From Verrucomicrobiota bacterium (GTDB lineage: Bacteria > Verrucomicrobiota > Verrucomicrobiia > JABWAM01): a stretch of DNA of 64,000 nt. Position 1 is the stretch's first letter, and the number at the start of each line of letters is the position of its first letter. The position numbers and the translations under genes are program-made. The notes beneath the pieces are model-generated. The model was not told where the DNA came from and searched no databases. It saw only the letters and a list, made by a program, of their open reading frames with translations. The stretch lies in NCBI GenBank assembly GCA_013288215.1, contig JABDCI010000002.1, positions 14,226 through 78,225 of the forward strand, written 5' to 3'. Below, one piece after another: positions 39,495-48,353 of the stretch.

Positions 39495-41138
39495 TTAATT
39501 CTGGTCCCTCACCGCTGCTTCCGCATAGGACGCAGGCAGCGCTTCCTTCACCACCATGCGATGAAAATCGTCAAATAAGGGACGGCTGTTCACTTGGGCG
39601 AGGAATTGTTCGGCCTGGGGTTTGAACTTTGCGATTTCATCGCCTTTCGGCATTTCGACCGATTGAACAAAGACGAAAAAAGCGCCCGTTGTGTCGGGAA
39701 CTAGATCGCTCAGGCCGCCGGCGGGAACCTTCAACGCGGCGCGGTGCGCCATGCTTTCGTACGGTTCGCCCGAAGATTTTTCGAGAGCATTAAACGGCTT
39801 CATCGCCCGCGGCCGAAGCTTCAGTTCCGAGGAAACCTGATCGAATTTCTTTCCAGACGCCAAGAGCGAGATTGCTTCCTGGCGAGCTTTCTCTCCCGCC
39901 TCGCGCGTGATTTGCAGCGCTTTCTTGGCTTCGTAAGACGCTTTCACGGAATCCTTCACCTTGTCAAAGGGAGGCAGGTACGGCGGTTTTTTTTCGAGTA
40001 ACGAGAGGACGTAAACACCTTCGGGAGAGGGAATGGGATCACTTACGGGATTTTCGGAAGTTAAATCAAAGGCTTTGGTTGTAAATTCGCGAGGGATCCC
40101 CGGCTTCACTTCCGTCGAATTGAAAAAATCAGTCTGCTTCACGATCAGGCCTTTTTGTTTGGCGAGCACGTCGAAGGCGGGCACCGTTTCGCCAGGTTTG
40201 GGAGTGATCTTGACCGTGAAATCCATCGCCTCCTGCCCAGCCTGCTCCAACGCCTTTTGACGATGAATTTCTTGACGCAATGTATCGCTCACATCCTTGA
40301 GCGCTTTGACTGTCCCATCGGGTTTCATAAAGGCCGCTTTGTTGTCCTCATACATCGATTTGATCTCCTCATCACCTACCGTGATATTCTTATCCTGCGG
40401 AGGAAATTGGACGTAGGCCACACGCACTTGTTCGGAAACCATGAATGTGTTTGTGTTCATCTCGTAAAATCTGACGAGGTCCTCCGGCGCTGGTTTCACT
40501 TGGCCCATGTAATCGGTCAGGTCAAAACGAACGAGGAAGGCCGTCCTCATTTCAAGCTGTTCCGTCGAAAACTGATCGAGTTGCTGCGGTGTGATTTTCA
40601 CGGTGGAACTGAGCAGCTGGATCAGTTTCCGAATGGTCAGACTGTCGCGCAAGGAAGCTTCGAAGTCGGGCCATGTCAGGGCGCGAGGCTCGAGCACGGT
40701 CGAGACGAATTCCGAAAAGGCGTCCTGATCTGATTTGGCATCTTTGAAATAAGCGCGTCGCATTTCGGAGATCATGTTGCGAGCTTCCTGCTCGAGTTCC
40801 GCATCGGACACCACAACCCCGAGACGATGTGCTTTTTCCACCATTGCCATTTGTTCGAGGGATTTTTGTTCGAGGAGTCGATTCGCCGCGGCAGTGGTAT
40901 CGATCGTCCGACCTGCCATGAGCTGAAGATTGAGACGGTAAATTTTCTTTTCGGTTTCGAGCTCGCGGGCCGAAACGTGCTTCCCATAGACGGTAGGCGT
41001 GTCCGACTTCGCCAGCTCCCGGCTGCTCCCCATGCCGTTGTCATTCCACAAGAGAAAGGAAATAATGATAACACCGAGGAGAATCAAAAAGATCCAGCGA
41101 CCGTGGCGATGGATGAGACGTTGAAATTGAGTAATCAT
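39495..41138 (-). CDS. ppiD: PpiD/SurA-N-like periplasmic chaperone (membrane-anchored)
   Basis: N-terminal anchor WIFLILLGVIIISFLLW followed by a SurA-N-like helical domain; overall PpiD-like architecture; a parvulin domain is not clearly recognisable. Confidence 0.6.
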   Translation of the reverse strand: MITQFQRLIHRHGRWIFLILLGVIIISFLLWNDNGMGSSRELAKSDTPTVYGKHVSARELETEKKIYRLNLQLMAGRTIDTTAAANRLLEQKSLEQMAMVEKAHRLGVVVSDAELEQEARNMISEMRRAYFKDAKSDQDAFSEFVSTVLEPRALTWPDFEASLRDSLTIRKLIQLLSSTVKITPQQLDQFSTEQLEMRTAFLVRFDLTDYMGQVKPAPEDLVRFYEMNTNTFMVSEQVRVAYVQFPPQDKNITVGDEEIKSMYEDNKAAFMKPDGTVKALKDVSDTLRQEIHRQKALEQAGQEAMDFTVKITPKPGETVPAFDVLAKQKGLIVKQTDFFNSTEVKPGIPREFTTKAFDLTSENPVSDPIPSPEGVYVLSLLEKKPPYLPPFDKVKDSVKASYEAKKALQITREAGEKARQEAISLLASGKKFDQVSSELKLRPRAMKPFNALEKSSGEPYESMAHRAALKVPAGGLSDLVPDTTGAFFVFVQSVEMPKGDEIAKFKPQAEQFLAQVNSRPLFDDFHRMVVKEALPASYAEAAVRDQN

Positions 41139-41271
41139 GTTAAAAGGGGTTCAAAATAGACCCCACACTGCCTCAAAGTCACCTGAAACGTCAAAGGAGA
41201 ATGCAGAACTCCGTTCCCCCCCTGGTTGCATCCAACCCTTTATTGTGTATATTGTTATTGACAAGATACAT

Positions 41272-41538
41272 ATGACGAACGCCATCTCAGCAGTCAGTTT
41301 CAATCCTGCCTCTCGGCCGCTTCCCGTGAACCCTCCGCAACCGGTCGCTCCCAAGCCTCCAACGGAAGATGCAGCTCAAGTTGTGAATCAGCCCATGACA
41401 CCGTCTGCCCAAGAGACCGCACCTTCCAACCCTCCGCCGCCCCCCCCAACCCAAACGGAAAACAACGAACAGACGGCACCAGGGGCCACGAATTTCGGAG
41501 GACAGACGCAAAAACAGATCGTGAATCTGGTCGCTTGA
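41272..41538 (+). CDS. small proline-rich hypothetical protein
   Basis: 88 aa from ATG 41272; low-complexity P/Q/T-rich; no signal peptide. Confidence 0.3.
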   Translation: MTNAISAVSFNPASRPLPVNPPQPVAPKPPTEDAAQVVNQPMTPSAQETAPSNPPPPPPTQTENNEQTAPGATNFGGQTQKQIVNLVA

Positions 41539-41638
41539 TTCTTCGAATTTTCCGCGGGTTTCATAGGGAGGGAACCTAGAAAAAGCCAAAAAGGGCATTG
41601 ACGTTCGCTCTTTTTGCGACTAGAAATTCCCGCTTCCC

Positions 41639-42073
41639 ATGAAAACGACGTTTGCCAATAAGGAAACTGCCCAACCGCGCTGGTTTCTCATCAATGCCGA
41701 GAACCTGGTCTTGGGGCGCCTTGCCGTGACCGTGAGCAATATCATTCGCGGCAAAAATCAGTCCAATTTTACACCCCATGCGGACGCGGGCGACTTCGTT
41801 GTCGTCATCAATGCCTCCAAAGTGCGGCTCACCGGCAGCAAGGAAACCGACAAGGAATACATGACCTTTTCGCGTTACGTCGGAGGCCACAAGTCGGAGA
41901 CTGTAGCAAGCATTCGCGCTCGTCGTCCTCAGTTGCTGATTGAACGCGCCATCAAGGGCATGGTCCCCCACACCCGTCTCGGACGAGCTCAGCTTCGCAA
42001 GGTGAAGATTTATCCTCATTCGGAGCACCCGCACACTGCGCAACAGCTCCAGCCCCTTAACATCGCTGCCTGA
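41639..42073 (+). CDS. rplM: 50S ribosomal protein L13
   Basis: RWFLINAENLVLGRLAVTVSNIIRGKN..., 144 aa. Confidence 0.95.
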   Translation: MKTTFANKETAQPRWFLINAENLVLGRLAVTVSNIIRGKNQSNFTPHADAGDFVVVINASKVRLTGSKETDKEYMTFSRYVGGHKSETVASIRARRPQLLIERAIKGMVPHTRLGRAQLRKVKIYPHSEHPHTAQQLQPLNIAA

Positions 42074-42075
42074 TT

Positions 42076-42471
42076 ATGCCATCTGATCCTCTTGCCATTG
42101 CTGTTGGACGCCGTAAAACATCCGTCGCCCGTGTCCGTCTCATGAACGGTTCCGGAAAAATTGAGATCAACGGCCGCGCCCTGGAACATTATCTCCCCAC
42201 GGAGGACCTTCAGAATCATGCTCTCGAATCGCTCCGTTCGGTCAGCAAACAAAAAGATTTCGATCTCTATATTCTGGCGCATGGCGGTGGTTTGAATAGC
42301 CAGGCTGGAGCCATCCGCCATGGCATCAGCCGCGCTTTGATCGTGGTCGACACCACCTTGCGCGCTCCGCTTAAAAAGTCCGGCTTTCTCACGCGCAATC
42401 CTCGCATGAAGGAACGCAAAAAACCCGGTCAGCCCGGCGCCCGCCGTCGATTCCAATTCAGCAAACGTTAA
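42076..42471 (+). CDS. rpsI: 30S ribosomal protein S9
   Basis: 131 aa; GGGLNSQAGAIRHGISRAL and C-terminal ARRRFQFSKR. Confidence 0.95.
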   Translation: MPSDPLAIAVGRRKTSVARVRLMNGSGKIEINGRALEHYLPTEDLQNHALESLRSVSKQKDFDLYILAHGGGLNSQAGAIRHGISRALIVVDTTLRAPLKKSGFLTRNPRMKERKKPGQPGARRRFQFSKR

Positions 42472-42646
42472 GGCTGGGAGCCCTTCTTTCGGGCTTGCAG
42501 CGGCTGTTTCCGATGGGGACTTCAGGCTATGTCTTATGCCGTAAAGACATGCTCAAGAGACATCATCCTGGAGTGGATGCCTTCAATCCGTATTCCTGAC
42601 TACTTACCACTTGCCATTTGCCACTCTCTCATGCTTCTGTAACGCG

Positions 42647-43705
42647 GTGAAAATCAGCGTGGCCATCATCGGCGCCAGTGGTTACTCCGGCGAAGAGCTC
42701 GTTCATTTGCTTCTCAGGCATCCTCATGTGGATCTCAAGGTCGTTACCTCGCGTCAAAACGCAGGAAAGACACTCGCTGAAATCTTTCCCAAATTCGCCA
42801 GTTATCCCAAAGCGAGAAAGCTCCGGTTCTCGGAACCCGACCTTTCGAAAATCGACTCCTGGATCGGCCCCCATCCGGAGTCTTTCCTTTTTTTTCTTGC
42901 GCTCCCGCACGGTGTGGCCTCGGAATGGGCTCTGCCTCTTTGGCAAAAAGGAGCGCGCATCATCGACCTGAGCGCGGATTTTCGACTGCGATCCGCGGAA
43001 ACTTATCAGGAATTTTATCAGCATCCTCACCCTTCCCCAGAATTGCTGGCAAACGCGGTTTATGGGCTTCCCGAACTTTATCGTGAGGAAATCCAAAAGG
43101 CCCGATTGATCGCGAGCCCTGGATGCTATCCGACAAGCATTCTCGTGCCACTCATTCCCTTATTGAAAAGCAAGCTGATCGAGCCTCACGGTCTCATCGC
43201 CAACAGCCTCAGTGCCGTCAGCGGAGCCGGACGGAAAGCCGAGGAAACATATCTTTTTTGCGAATGTCATGAATCGGTGCGGGCCTATGGCGTGCCAAAG
43301 CATCGGCACCTTTCCGAGATCGAACAACAGCTCTCCTCAACAGCAGGCGAAAAGGTGGTGCTGCAGTTCACACCTCATTTGATTCCCGTCAACCGGGGAC
43401 TTTTCACGACGATTTACGCTCAGCCAAAGATCAAATCCGGCGATTTCCCCGTGGCCGTTCAGCAATGCTACGAAAAAGCCTATGGAAAGGATCCTTTTGT
43501 CCGGCTGCTCGAAGGAAACGCCTTGCCGGACACCAAGAATGTCATGGGCACCAACGTCATTGAAATAGCCTGCCGGCTCGATCCACGAACAGGACGGCTT
43601 CTGATTTTTTCCGCCGAGGACAATCTCATGAAGGGAGCTTCCGGGCAGGCCGTTCAGTCGATGAATATTCTCTGTGGTTTCGAAGAAACCGAGAGTCTTT
43701 TGTAA
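42647..43705 (+). CDS. argC: N-acetyl-gamma-glutamyl-phosphate reductase
   Basis: VAIIGASGYSGEELV, SPGCYPTS; start placed at GTG 42647 (VKISVAIIG); the ORF track begins at 42611. Confidence 0.9.
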   Translation: MKISVAIIGASGYSGEELVHLLLRHPHVDLKVVTSRQNAGKTLAEIFPKFASYPKARKLRFSEPDLSKIDSWIGPHPESFLFFLALPHGVASEWALPLWQKGARIIDLSADFRLRSAETYQEFYQHPHPSPELLANAVYGLPELYREEIQKARLIASPGCYPTSILVPLIPLLKSKLIEPHGLIANSLSAVSGAGRKAEETYLFCECHESVRAYGVPKHRHLSEIEQQLSSTAGEKVVLQFTPHLIPVNRGLFTTIYAQPKIKSGDFPVAVQQCYEKAYGKDPFVRLLEGNALPDTKNVMGTNVIEIACRLDPRTGRLLIFSAEDNLMKGASGQAVQSMNILCGFEETESLL

Positions 43706-43783
43706 ATGTGAAAGTCGCCGCCAGAGTTTCGGATGGTCAACCAAGGATCTGGCGATCGTGGCAACCAAACGCTTTGATTCTTT

Positions 43784-45022
43784 ATGAAATCTGAAACGTT
43801 TCGTGAAATTCCGGGAGGAATCTGCGCCCCACAAGGGTTTGCAGCTGCCGGCGTCACCGCCGGCATTAAGAAGTCCATGGAGCCGGATCTCGCATTGATT
43901 GTTTCTCGCACCCCCTGCCGTGCAGCCGGAACCTTCACAACCAATGCCGCCAAAGCGGCTCCCGTTTATTTCGATCTCAAACAGATGCATCGCCCCCTTC
44001 TCGGCATCGTCGCCAATAGCGGCAACGCCAACGCTTGCACGGGCAGGGAAGGTCTTCGCAATTGTGAAGCCATGGCGCGGCTTGCCAGGCAAGCCGTTGC
44101 TGGCAGCGGTCGGCCCCTGGGAGAATTCGCAGTCTGTTCGACAGGACGCATCGGAGTTCAACTTCCCATGGACCGGATCGAGTCAGGCATTCATGAAGCT
44201 GCGGCAAGGCTGTCTGAAACGGATACGACTGCCGCACGTGCCATCATGACCACGGACACTTTTTCGAAAGAAATCGCCGTGGAATTTTCTTTCGGGGGAA
44301 AAAAGGTGCGGATCGGGGGCATCGCCAAAGGCGCTGGAATGATTCAGCCCGGAATGAGCCCCACCGGAAAACGTCCGGCCCTCCATGCCACCATGCTGGC
44401 GTTTATCACTACAGATGCGGATCTGCCCCGTCCAACCTTGCAGAACCTTCTCAATCGGAGCATCGCGCAATCGTTCAATCGCATTTCCGTCGATGGGGAC
44501 ATGAGCACCAACGACACCGTGCTTTTTCTGGCAAATAGTCAGGCGAAACACAAGAAAGCCACAGGAAAGGACCTTGCAACCTTCCAAGCGGCCCTCAACC
44601 ATCTCACACTCAAGCTCGCGCTCATGATTGTGAGGGACGGTGAAGGAATTTCCAAGGTTGTCACCTTAAAAGTGACACGCGCGGCGACTCAACGCGAAGC
44701 CGAATGGGCTGTTCGTGCAATTGGCAACTCCACTTTAGTAAAATGTTCCTGGTATGGAGAAGATCCGAACTGGGGGAGGCTCTATGATGCCTTTGGTTAC
44801 TCGGGTGCCCGGTTCGATGATGCGGGTTTTTCAATCGCTTACAATGATATCTTCATAGTCAAGAATGGGGTTTTTTGCGAAAAAAGCTTGGAAATCGTCC
44901 GAGATATTGTCAAAAGTAGCTCATTCGCAATAACTTGTGACCTAGGCTTGGGCCAACGCGATGCCATTTTGTATACCACCGATTTGACAGAAAAATACGT
45001 CGAGCTCAACAAAGGCGAATAA
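43784..45022 (+). CDS. argJ: bifunctional ornithine acetyltransferase / N-acetylglutamate synthase
   Basis: 412 aa; GFAAAGVTAGIKK, ATMLAFITTDA autoproteolysis site context. Confidence 0.9.
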   Translation: MKSETFREIPGGICAPQGFAAAGVTAGIKKSMEPDLALIVSRTPCRAAGTFTTNAAKAAPVYFDLKQMHRPLLGIVANSGNANACTGREGLRNCEAMARLARQAVAGSGRPLGEFAVCSTGRIGVQLPMDRIESGIHEAAARLSETDTTAARAIMTTDTFSKEIAVEFSFGGKKVRIGGIAKGAGMIQPGMSPTGKRPALHATMLAFITTDADLPRPTLQNLLNRSIAQSFNRISVDGDMSTNDTVLFLANSQAKHKKATGKDLATFQAALNHLTLKLALMIVRDGEGISKVVTLKVTRAATQREAEWAVRAIGNSTLVKCSWYGEDPNWGRLYDAFGYSGARFDDAGFSIAYNDIFIVKNGVFCEKSLEIVRDIVKSSSFAITCDLGLGQRDAILYTTDLTEKYVELNKGE

Positions 45023-45025
45023 TCC

Positions 45026-45898
45026 ATGGACTCCCCCTCTTCCAAAGCTCAAGTTTTGGCGGACACATTGCCACAGTTCAAAACGTTGCAAAACGCGCTC
45101 ATTGTCTTGAAATACGGGGGCAGTGTCATTGAAGAGGCGGTTTATGCCGACAGCATTTTAACGGATCTGGGGTTCCTGCAGCAGGTGGGCGCATCCGTTG
45201 TTGTCGTTCATGGTGGAGGCAAAGCGATCTCAGCAAAGATGCGTGAGGTTGGAATTTCACCTAAATTTGTCAATGGATTGAGATTCACCGACCGCAAGAC
45301 CATATCGATCGTCGATTCCATCCTGACAAAGACCATCAATCCTCAAATTGTGCGCAGTCTGGTCGACCGAGGAACCAAGGCTTCAGGACTTTCGGGTAAA
45401 AAGGTGTTCGCGGCTAAAAAGATTTTTTCGGCTTCTCCCGAAGGTGAACGGATCAGTCTTGGTTTCGTGGGGGACATCACAAAAGTCAGCAAGAACCCCG
45501 TTTTAAATCTGCTCAAAAAAGGGGTGATTCCGGTGATCACACCGCTCGCTGTCAGTAGCAGCGGCGATCCTTTGAATGTAAATGCGGATATTGCAGCCGC
45601 CCGCCTTGCGGCGGAATTGAAAGCAACCCATTTGACATTCCTCAGCGATGTGAACGGCATCCTCGAAGACACACAACATCCTGATTCGACGATCGCCCAG
45701 GTTTCGGAAGTTGAAATTCAATCGCTGCGCCATGCAGGCGTGATCAATGGGGGCATGCTTCCCAAAGTAAATGCCTCCGTCGACGCACTCAAAAGCGGCG
45801 TCAAACGCGTCAAAATGCTCAATGGCCAGCTCGCACACAGCGTCCTGATCGATCTTTTCTTCAATCCCAGATTGGGAACCGAAGTTATTTTGAGCTAG
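45026..45898 (+). CDS. argB: acetylglutamate kinase
   Basis: LIVLKYGGSVI, VVVHGGG, NVNADIAA. Confidence 0.9.
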   Translation: MDSPSSKAQVLADTLPQFKTLQNALIVLKYGGSVIEEAVYADSILTDLGFLQQVGASVVVVHGGGKAISAKMREVGISPKFVNGLRFTDRKTISIVDSILTKTINPQIVRSLVDRGTKASGLSGKKVFAAKKIFSASPEGERISLGFVGDITKVSKNPVLNLLKKGVIPVITPLAVSSSGDPLNVNADIAAARLAAELKATHLTFLSDVNGILEDTQHPDSTIAQVSEVEIQSLRHAGVINGGMLPKVNASVDALKSGVKRVKMLNGQLAHSVLIDLFFNPRLGTEVILS

Positions 45899-45945
45899 TT
45901 TCCGTTCCGCAGCGAGAATGGGTGTGAGTTCCTCATGAATGTCAT

Positions 45946-47292
45946 TTGCTTTCGACCGAAGATCTGGGTTTTATCCTAGAACCTATAAAGCGGGGTCGAA
46001 AGAGCGATTCAAACACAGATTCGCATCTCTTGAAACAATGTGACCCCAAGAATGATCCCTTGAACTCGATCGACCTCATCGCTCTTTCCACCCAAGTTCT
46101 TCTCCCCACCTATGCCCGCTTTCCTCTCGCCTTTGCGCGAGGAAAAGGGGCAAGGCTTTGGGATTTCGAAGGAAAAGAATATCTCGATTTCGGCGGGGGA
46201 ATCGCTGTCACCAGCCTGGGGCACGCCCATCCGAAGATCATCGAAGCCATCACCCAACAGGCACAGACACTCACGCATACTTCGAATCTTTATCATACAG
46301 AACCCGCCGTCCGCCTGGCTCAAACTCTCGTGAAGTGGACAGGACCCGGCAAATGTTTTTTTTGCAACAGCGGGGCTGAGGCCAATGAAGCGCTTTACAA
46401 ACTCGCACGCAAGAAGGGCCACGATTCGAAACGTTTTGAAATCATCACCACGCTCCAGTCGTTTCATGGCCGAACCCTCGCCGGCATCGCCGCCACCGGA
46501 CAAGAAAAGGTCAAAAAAGGATTCGAACCCGCCGTCGAAGGATTTCGTCATGTCCCGTTCAACGATCTTGCGGCGACCGAAAAAGCAATCACGGACAAAA
46601 CGGTCGCCATTCTCATCGAAGGCATTCAGGGCGAAATCGGGATCATCCCCGCTTCCCCCGATTATCTGCTTGGACTTCGAAAGCTTTGCAATGAACGCAA
46701 CCTTCTCTTGATGATGGATGCGATCCAATGCGGGATGTTCCGCACCGGACGCTTCCTAAGCTACGAGCGCATTCTGGAAAACTCTCCTTCCAAAGACTTT
46801 CTTCCCGACGCCATTTCGATGGCTAAAGGCATGGCGAATGGGTTTCCCATCGGCTCGATCTGGGTGCGCGAACCCTACACCGAACTCCTCGGCGCTGGCT
46901 CCCACGGAACGACCTTCGGAGGCACGCCGCTTGCCTGCAGCGCCAGTCTCGCGGCTTTCGAAACCATTCGAAGCGAGAAACTCGCTGAAAACGCGCGGAT
47001 CCAAGGCGAATACCTTAAAAAACAGATTCTGGAAATCCATTCGCCGCATGTTCGCGAAGTGCGTGGTTTTGGACTCATGCTGGGTGTGGAACTCCAGGCC
47101 CATATTCCCGCGCTCCGCGTGGAGGGGAAAAATCCCGCAGCCCTGTTCACTTCCAAGCTGCACGAACTGGGGCTTCTGACGATTCCTTCCGCCAATCCTG
47201 TGATCCGCCTTCTTCCCCCACTCAATGTCACGCGCGCCGAATGCGACGAGGCCGTCGACAAATTGTCCCGGGGCTTGTCCCAGCTTTCCTGA
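45946..47292 (+). CDS. argD: acetylornithine aminotransferase
   Basis: LLPTYARFP, DFGGGIAVTSLGHAHP, LLMMDAIQCG, class-III aminotransferase; real start is probably an internal TTG (e.g. 46060), since the N-terminal ~38 aa look non-homologous. Confidence 0.88.
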   Translation: MLSTEDLGFILEPIKRGRKSDSNTDSHLLKQCDPKNDPLNSIDLIALSTQVLLPTYARFPLAFARGKGARLWDFEGKEYLDFGGGIAVTSLGHAHPKIIEAITQQAQTLTHTSNLYHTEPAVRLAQTLVKWTGPGKCFFCNSGAEANEALYKLARKKGHDSKRFEIITTLQSFHGRTLAGIAATGQEKVKKGFEPAVEGFRHVPFNDLAATEKAITDKTVAILIEGIQGEIGIIPASPDYLLGLRKLCNERNLLLMMDAIQCGMFRTGRFLSYERILENSPSKDFLPDAISMAKGMANGFPIGSIWVREPYTELLGAGSHGTTFGGTPLACSASLAAFETIRSEKLAENARIQGEYLKKQILEIHSPHVREVRGFGLMLGVELQAHIPALRVEGKNPAALFTSKLHELGLLTIPSANPVIRLLPPLNVTRAECDEAVDKLSRGLSQLS

Positions 47293-47369
47293 CATCTTCC
47301 CATCAGGGACGCATCCGCCGATTGCGAGATTGATATTCCTCCTTGATTGAATAAAAATCCACTCTCCCC

Positions 47370-48326
47370 GTGAAACATCTTCTCTCCATTGAAAGTTTGT
47401 CACGAGACGAAATTGAGGCTTTTCTTCAGCTTGGTCTGAAGTTGAAAGCTTCACGGGGCAAAGCTCGTCAGCCGCTGCCATTAACAGGAGAGACCTGGGC
47501 GCTCATTTTTGGGAAAAGTTCCACGCGCACACGGGTCTCGTTCGAAGTCGCCATCCGGGAGCTCGGAGGCCAGTCGCTCTTCCTTGGCATGCATGACATC
47601 CAACTCGGCCGCGGCGAAAGCGTCGAGGATACCGCCCTGGTTTTATCCCGCTATATTCACGGCGTGGTGATTCGGACCTACGCGCAAAAAGAGGTCGAAA
47701 CTTTCGCCCGTGTTGGCTCCATTCCTGTCATCAATGCGCTCACCGACGACGAACATCCCTGCCAGATCCTCGCCGACCTGCTGACCTGGGGAGAAAAACT
47801 TCAGTCCGCAGCGCGCAAAAAATCGCGCGGGCTGACAGATCTCTTTCGTGGAAAGACAGCTGTGTTTTTTGGCGATGCGGCGTGCAACGTCGCGCAATCC
47901 TGGATTTTTGCGGCGGCGCGGTTGAACTTCCATTTGCGTCTCGCCGCTCCGCGCTCCTACCAGCCCGCTCCTTCCATCCTCGCCCGCGCGCAACATGCCG
48001 AGGTTCGATGCTTTGAGGACGCACATCAAGCTGCCGAAGGCGCCGATCTCCTCTACACCGACACATGGATTTCCATGGGCAAAGAGGAGGAAAAAAAGGA
48101 GCGCGCCGAAGTTTTGGCTCCCTACCAAATCAACACCCGCATCGTGCGGGCGGCCCAGCCTCGTGCCCTCGTCATGCATTGCCTTCCAGCCTATCGCGGC
48201 CAGGAAATCTCAGCCGACGTTTTTGAGTCTCATGCCAGCACCATCTTTGACGAAGCTGAAAACCGGCTGCACATCCAGAAAGCGATTTTAACCACGCTGA
48301 CGCGCTCCCTTAAAAGCGGAAGGTAA
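47370..48326 (+). CDS. argF: ornithine carbamoyltransferase
   Basis: GKSSTRTRVSFE, HPCQILAD, HCLPAYRGQE; GTG start. Confidence 0.9.
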   Translation: MKHLLSIESLSRDEIEAFLQLGLKLKASRGKARQPLPLTGETWALIFGKSSTRTRVSFEVAIRELGGQSLFLGMHDIQLGRGESVEDTALVLSRYIHGVVIRTYAQKEVETFARVGSIPVINALTDDEHPCQILADLLTWGEKLQSAARKKSRGLTDLFRGKTAVFFGDAACNVAQSWIFAAARLNFHLRLAAPRSYQPAPSILARAQHAEVRCFEDAHQAAEGADLLYTDTWISMGKEEEKKERAEVLAPYQINTRIVRAAQPRALVMHCLPAYRGQEISADVFESHASTIFDEAENRLHIQKAILTTLTRSLKSGR

Positions 48327-48353
48327 AAAAACTGCTGACCTCTTCCATTCCCT

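Noticed and set aside
41598-41626. TTGACG-17 nt-TAGAAA promoter-like element upstream of rplM
   Set aside because: The -10 is weak (4/6), and it would leave only a ~6-nt leader before ATG 41639. This is plausible but not supportable without TSS data.
42527-42551. 7-8 bp hairpin (ATGTCTT-N8-AAGACAT) and a 5-bp hairpin (AGCCC-N7-GGGCT at ~42478-42496) between rpsI and argC
   Set aside because: Neither is followed by a U-tract, and the stems are short. I cannot call them terminators or a regulatory RNA.
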